The notes beneath the pieces were generated by a model. The model searched no databases. It saw only the letters and a program-made list of their open reading frames with translations, and was not told where the DNA came from. A stretch of DNA of 64,000 nt, taken from contig CAWEFJ010000006.1 of the NCBI GenBank assembly GCA_963808395.1, positions 38,845 through 102,844 of the forward strand, written 5' to 3'. The position numbers were made by a program, and so were the translations under genes. Below are positions 62,731 to 64,000 of this stretch, piece after piece (within the stretch, counting starts at the first letter, position 1; each line of letters begins with the position of its first letter). Source of the DNA: an uncultured delta proteobacterium (GTDB taxonomy: Bacteria; Desulfobacterota; Desulfobaccia; Desulfobaccales; 0-14-0-80-60-11).

Positions 62731-63294
62731 CTAATTATTAAAATCCAGAGCCAGAAACTCTTGATCGGTCAGACCCCAGCGGTGCAACGCTTCCGCGGCG
62801 TCCAGGGCCAAGCCCAGCAGCCCTACCATCTGCCCCTCGTGGAGGAGCGGCACGGCAATGATATAAATTTCAGAGCCGTTCTGCAAAAAGAAGCGTTGTT
62901 GGGAAATTCTGCGGCTTTTCTGGACCTGCTCAAACAAACCATAACCGGAGAAATTAATGGTCCCCTCTTTTTTCTCGGGACATCTGGCCACGATGTCTCC
63001 AGTCTCGTTCACGACGCCGATCTGGAAAGGGCACATGCGGCAGAGTTTAATCGACGGCTCGGCCTTTGCCAGAGTCTTATTGATGGCTGGCGCGTCCCGT
63101 TGGGCCACCACTTTCGCCAGCGGCGCCACCAGCCGCGTGATGCAGTCCTTGACCTCTTGCTTAAAATTGGCTGCCCCGGGACTCAAGGGTGGTTCTTTGG
63201 CGGAACAGGCGCAAAAAATCAACAGGATTATTAGAAAAGGGCGATGCAGCAGACGACCGGGCCTAATTTTTTCGGGGAGATTACCGTGTGCCAT
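62731..63294 (-). CDS. hypothetical lipoprotein (possible small sensor-like fold)
   Basis: 187 aa with a hydrophobic N-terminus ending in CAC. No family recognised with confidence. Confidence 0.55.
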   Translation of the reverse strand: MAHGNLPEKIRPGRLLHRPFLIILLIFCACSAKEPPLSPGAANFKQEVKDCITRLVAPLAKVVAQRDAPAINKTLAKAEPSIKLCRMCPFQIGVVNETGDIVARCPEKKEGTINFSGYGLFEQVQKSRRISQQRFFLQNGSEIYIIAVPLLHEGQMVGLLGLALDAAEALHRWGLTDQEFLALDFNN

Positions 63295-63440
63295 TTGCCT
63301 CCTCCCATCCTGCTCTTAATCGAGCCTGAAATCCCACTAGTGAAAAATTTAGCACCTTTTTCCGCCTGGCCGCTAAATCCGCGGGGCGTGGGGTAAAGCC
63401 GGCGGCTGCATGAACCGCACCGCCACTGTCCCTGGCCCCT

Positions 63441-63490
63441 CACTGCTCACTGCTTACTGCTCACTGCTCACTGCACTGCTTACTGCTCAC
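63441..63490. repeat. tandem heptamer array (CACTGCT/TACTGCT, about 7 units); contains the purB stop codon
   Basis: cactgctcactgcttactgctcactgctcactgcactgcttactgctcac. The minus strand reads ...GGG GAG TGA GCA GTA AGC. Confidence 0.95.
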
Positions 63491-64000
63491 TCCCCAAACA
63501 CCCGGGCGAAGATGGCATCGACGTGGCGCAGGGAGCGCCCCAGGTCGAAGATGGCCGCCAGTTCCGCCGGGGTCAGATGCCGGGAGATCTCCGCATCCTT
63601 TTGCACCAGCGAGGGAAACTCGCCTCCCTGCTCCCAGACTTGCATGGCCGGGCGCTGCACCAAGCGGTAAGCCGCATCCCGGCTCAGGCCTTTGCCAATC
63701 AGCGCCAGCAACAGGCCCTGGGAGAAGATCAGGCCGTGGGTGAGGTTGAGGTTCTTGGTCATATTTTTCGGGTAAACCGTGAGATTCTTCAGCAAGCGGG
63801 TGAGGCGGGCCAGCATGAAGTCCAGGAGCACGGTGCTGTCCGGGGCAATGAGCCGCTCCACCGAGGAGTGGCTGATGTCCCGCTCGTGCCACAGGGGCAC
63901 GTCTTCCAGGGCCGCCAGGGCATTGGCCCGGAGCAGCCGGGCCAGGCCGCAGAGGTTCTCGGAGAGAACCGGGTTGCGCTTGTGGGGCATGGCGGAAGAG
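63487..64000 (-). CDS. purB: adenylosuccinate lyase, C-terminal part (gene continues beyond the window end)
   Basis: [46 protein letters not shown]... matches the fumarate-lyase family signature region and the PurB C-terminus. Confidence 0.9.
   Translation of the reverse strand, partial: SSAMPHKRNPVLSENLCGLARLLRANALAALEDVPLWHERDISHSSVERLIAPDSTVLLDFMLARLTRLLKNLTVYPKNMTKNLNLTHGLIFSQGLLLALIGKGLSRDAAYRLVQRPAMQVWEQGGEFPSLVQKDAEISRHLTPAELAAIFDLGRSLRHVDAIFARVFGE

Overview
GC-rich chromosomal window, most likely from a sulfate/sulfite-reducing Desulfobacterota-type bacterium. The taxonomic call is inferred from a reductive-type dsrA-dsrB-dsrD-dsrN cluster at 23272-27363. Most of the content is housekeeping: secA, argJ, hisIG, tpx, class II RNR, lepB, purB, a P-type ATPase, a split pyruvate-carboxylase-like pair, three M16 peptidase loci, a LivKHMGF transporter with two family III CoA-transferases, and an Mla/MCE lipid-transport operon. 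Three points matter most. (1) The assembly has many single-base frame changes, about 35 that I can see, and several sit at homopolymers. Many real genes are therefore split over two to seven listed ORFs, and CDS ends are approximate. Most long ORFs antisense to real genes are high-GC artefacts. (2) The best candidate for something new is a 6.6-kb segment (37256-43944) bounded by 47/48-nt direct repeats that duplicate the 3' end of the RNase II/R gene. I found no integrase inside it. It carries an AT-rich polytopic membrane protein and an operon encoding a secreted LTxxQ (CpxP/Spy-like) protein, a Tat-signal AmrS-type radical SAM enzyme and a membrane-embedded spermidine-synthase-like protein. 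(3) The intergenic DNA holds several unusual repeat families: heptanucleotide tandem arrays (two overlap stop codons, and two inverted arrays bracket a structured ~190-bp element), a 33-41-bp perfect palindrome in three copies with a compensatory double substitution, and REP/BIME-like units. Other items are a regulator-Hsp20-CDC48 operon, an AT-rich islet with a MucR-family gene and a small eRF1-fold-like ORF, a candidate sRNA, a secreted Gly/Pro/Tyr/His decapeptide-repeat protein, a DUF4032-AAA+ ATPase, and a rubredoxin gene absent from the ORF track. I saw no rRNA, tRNA, CRISPR array, transposase or integrase.
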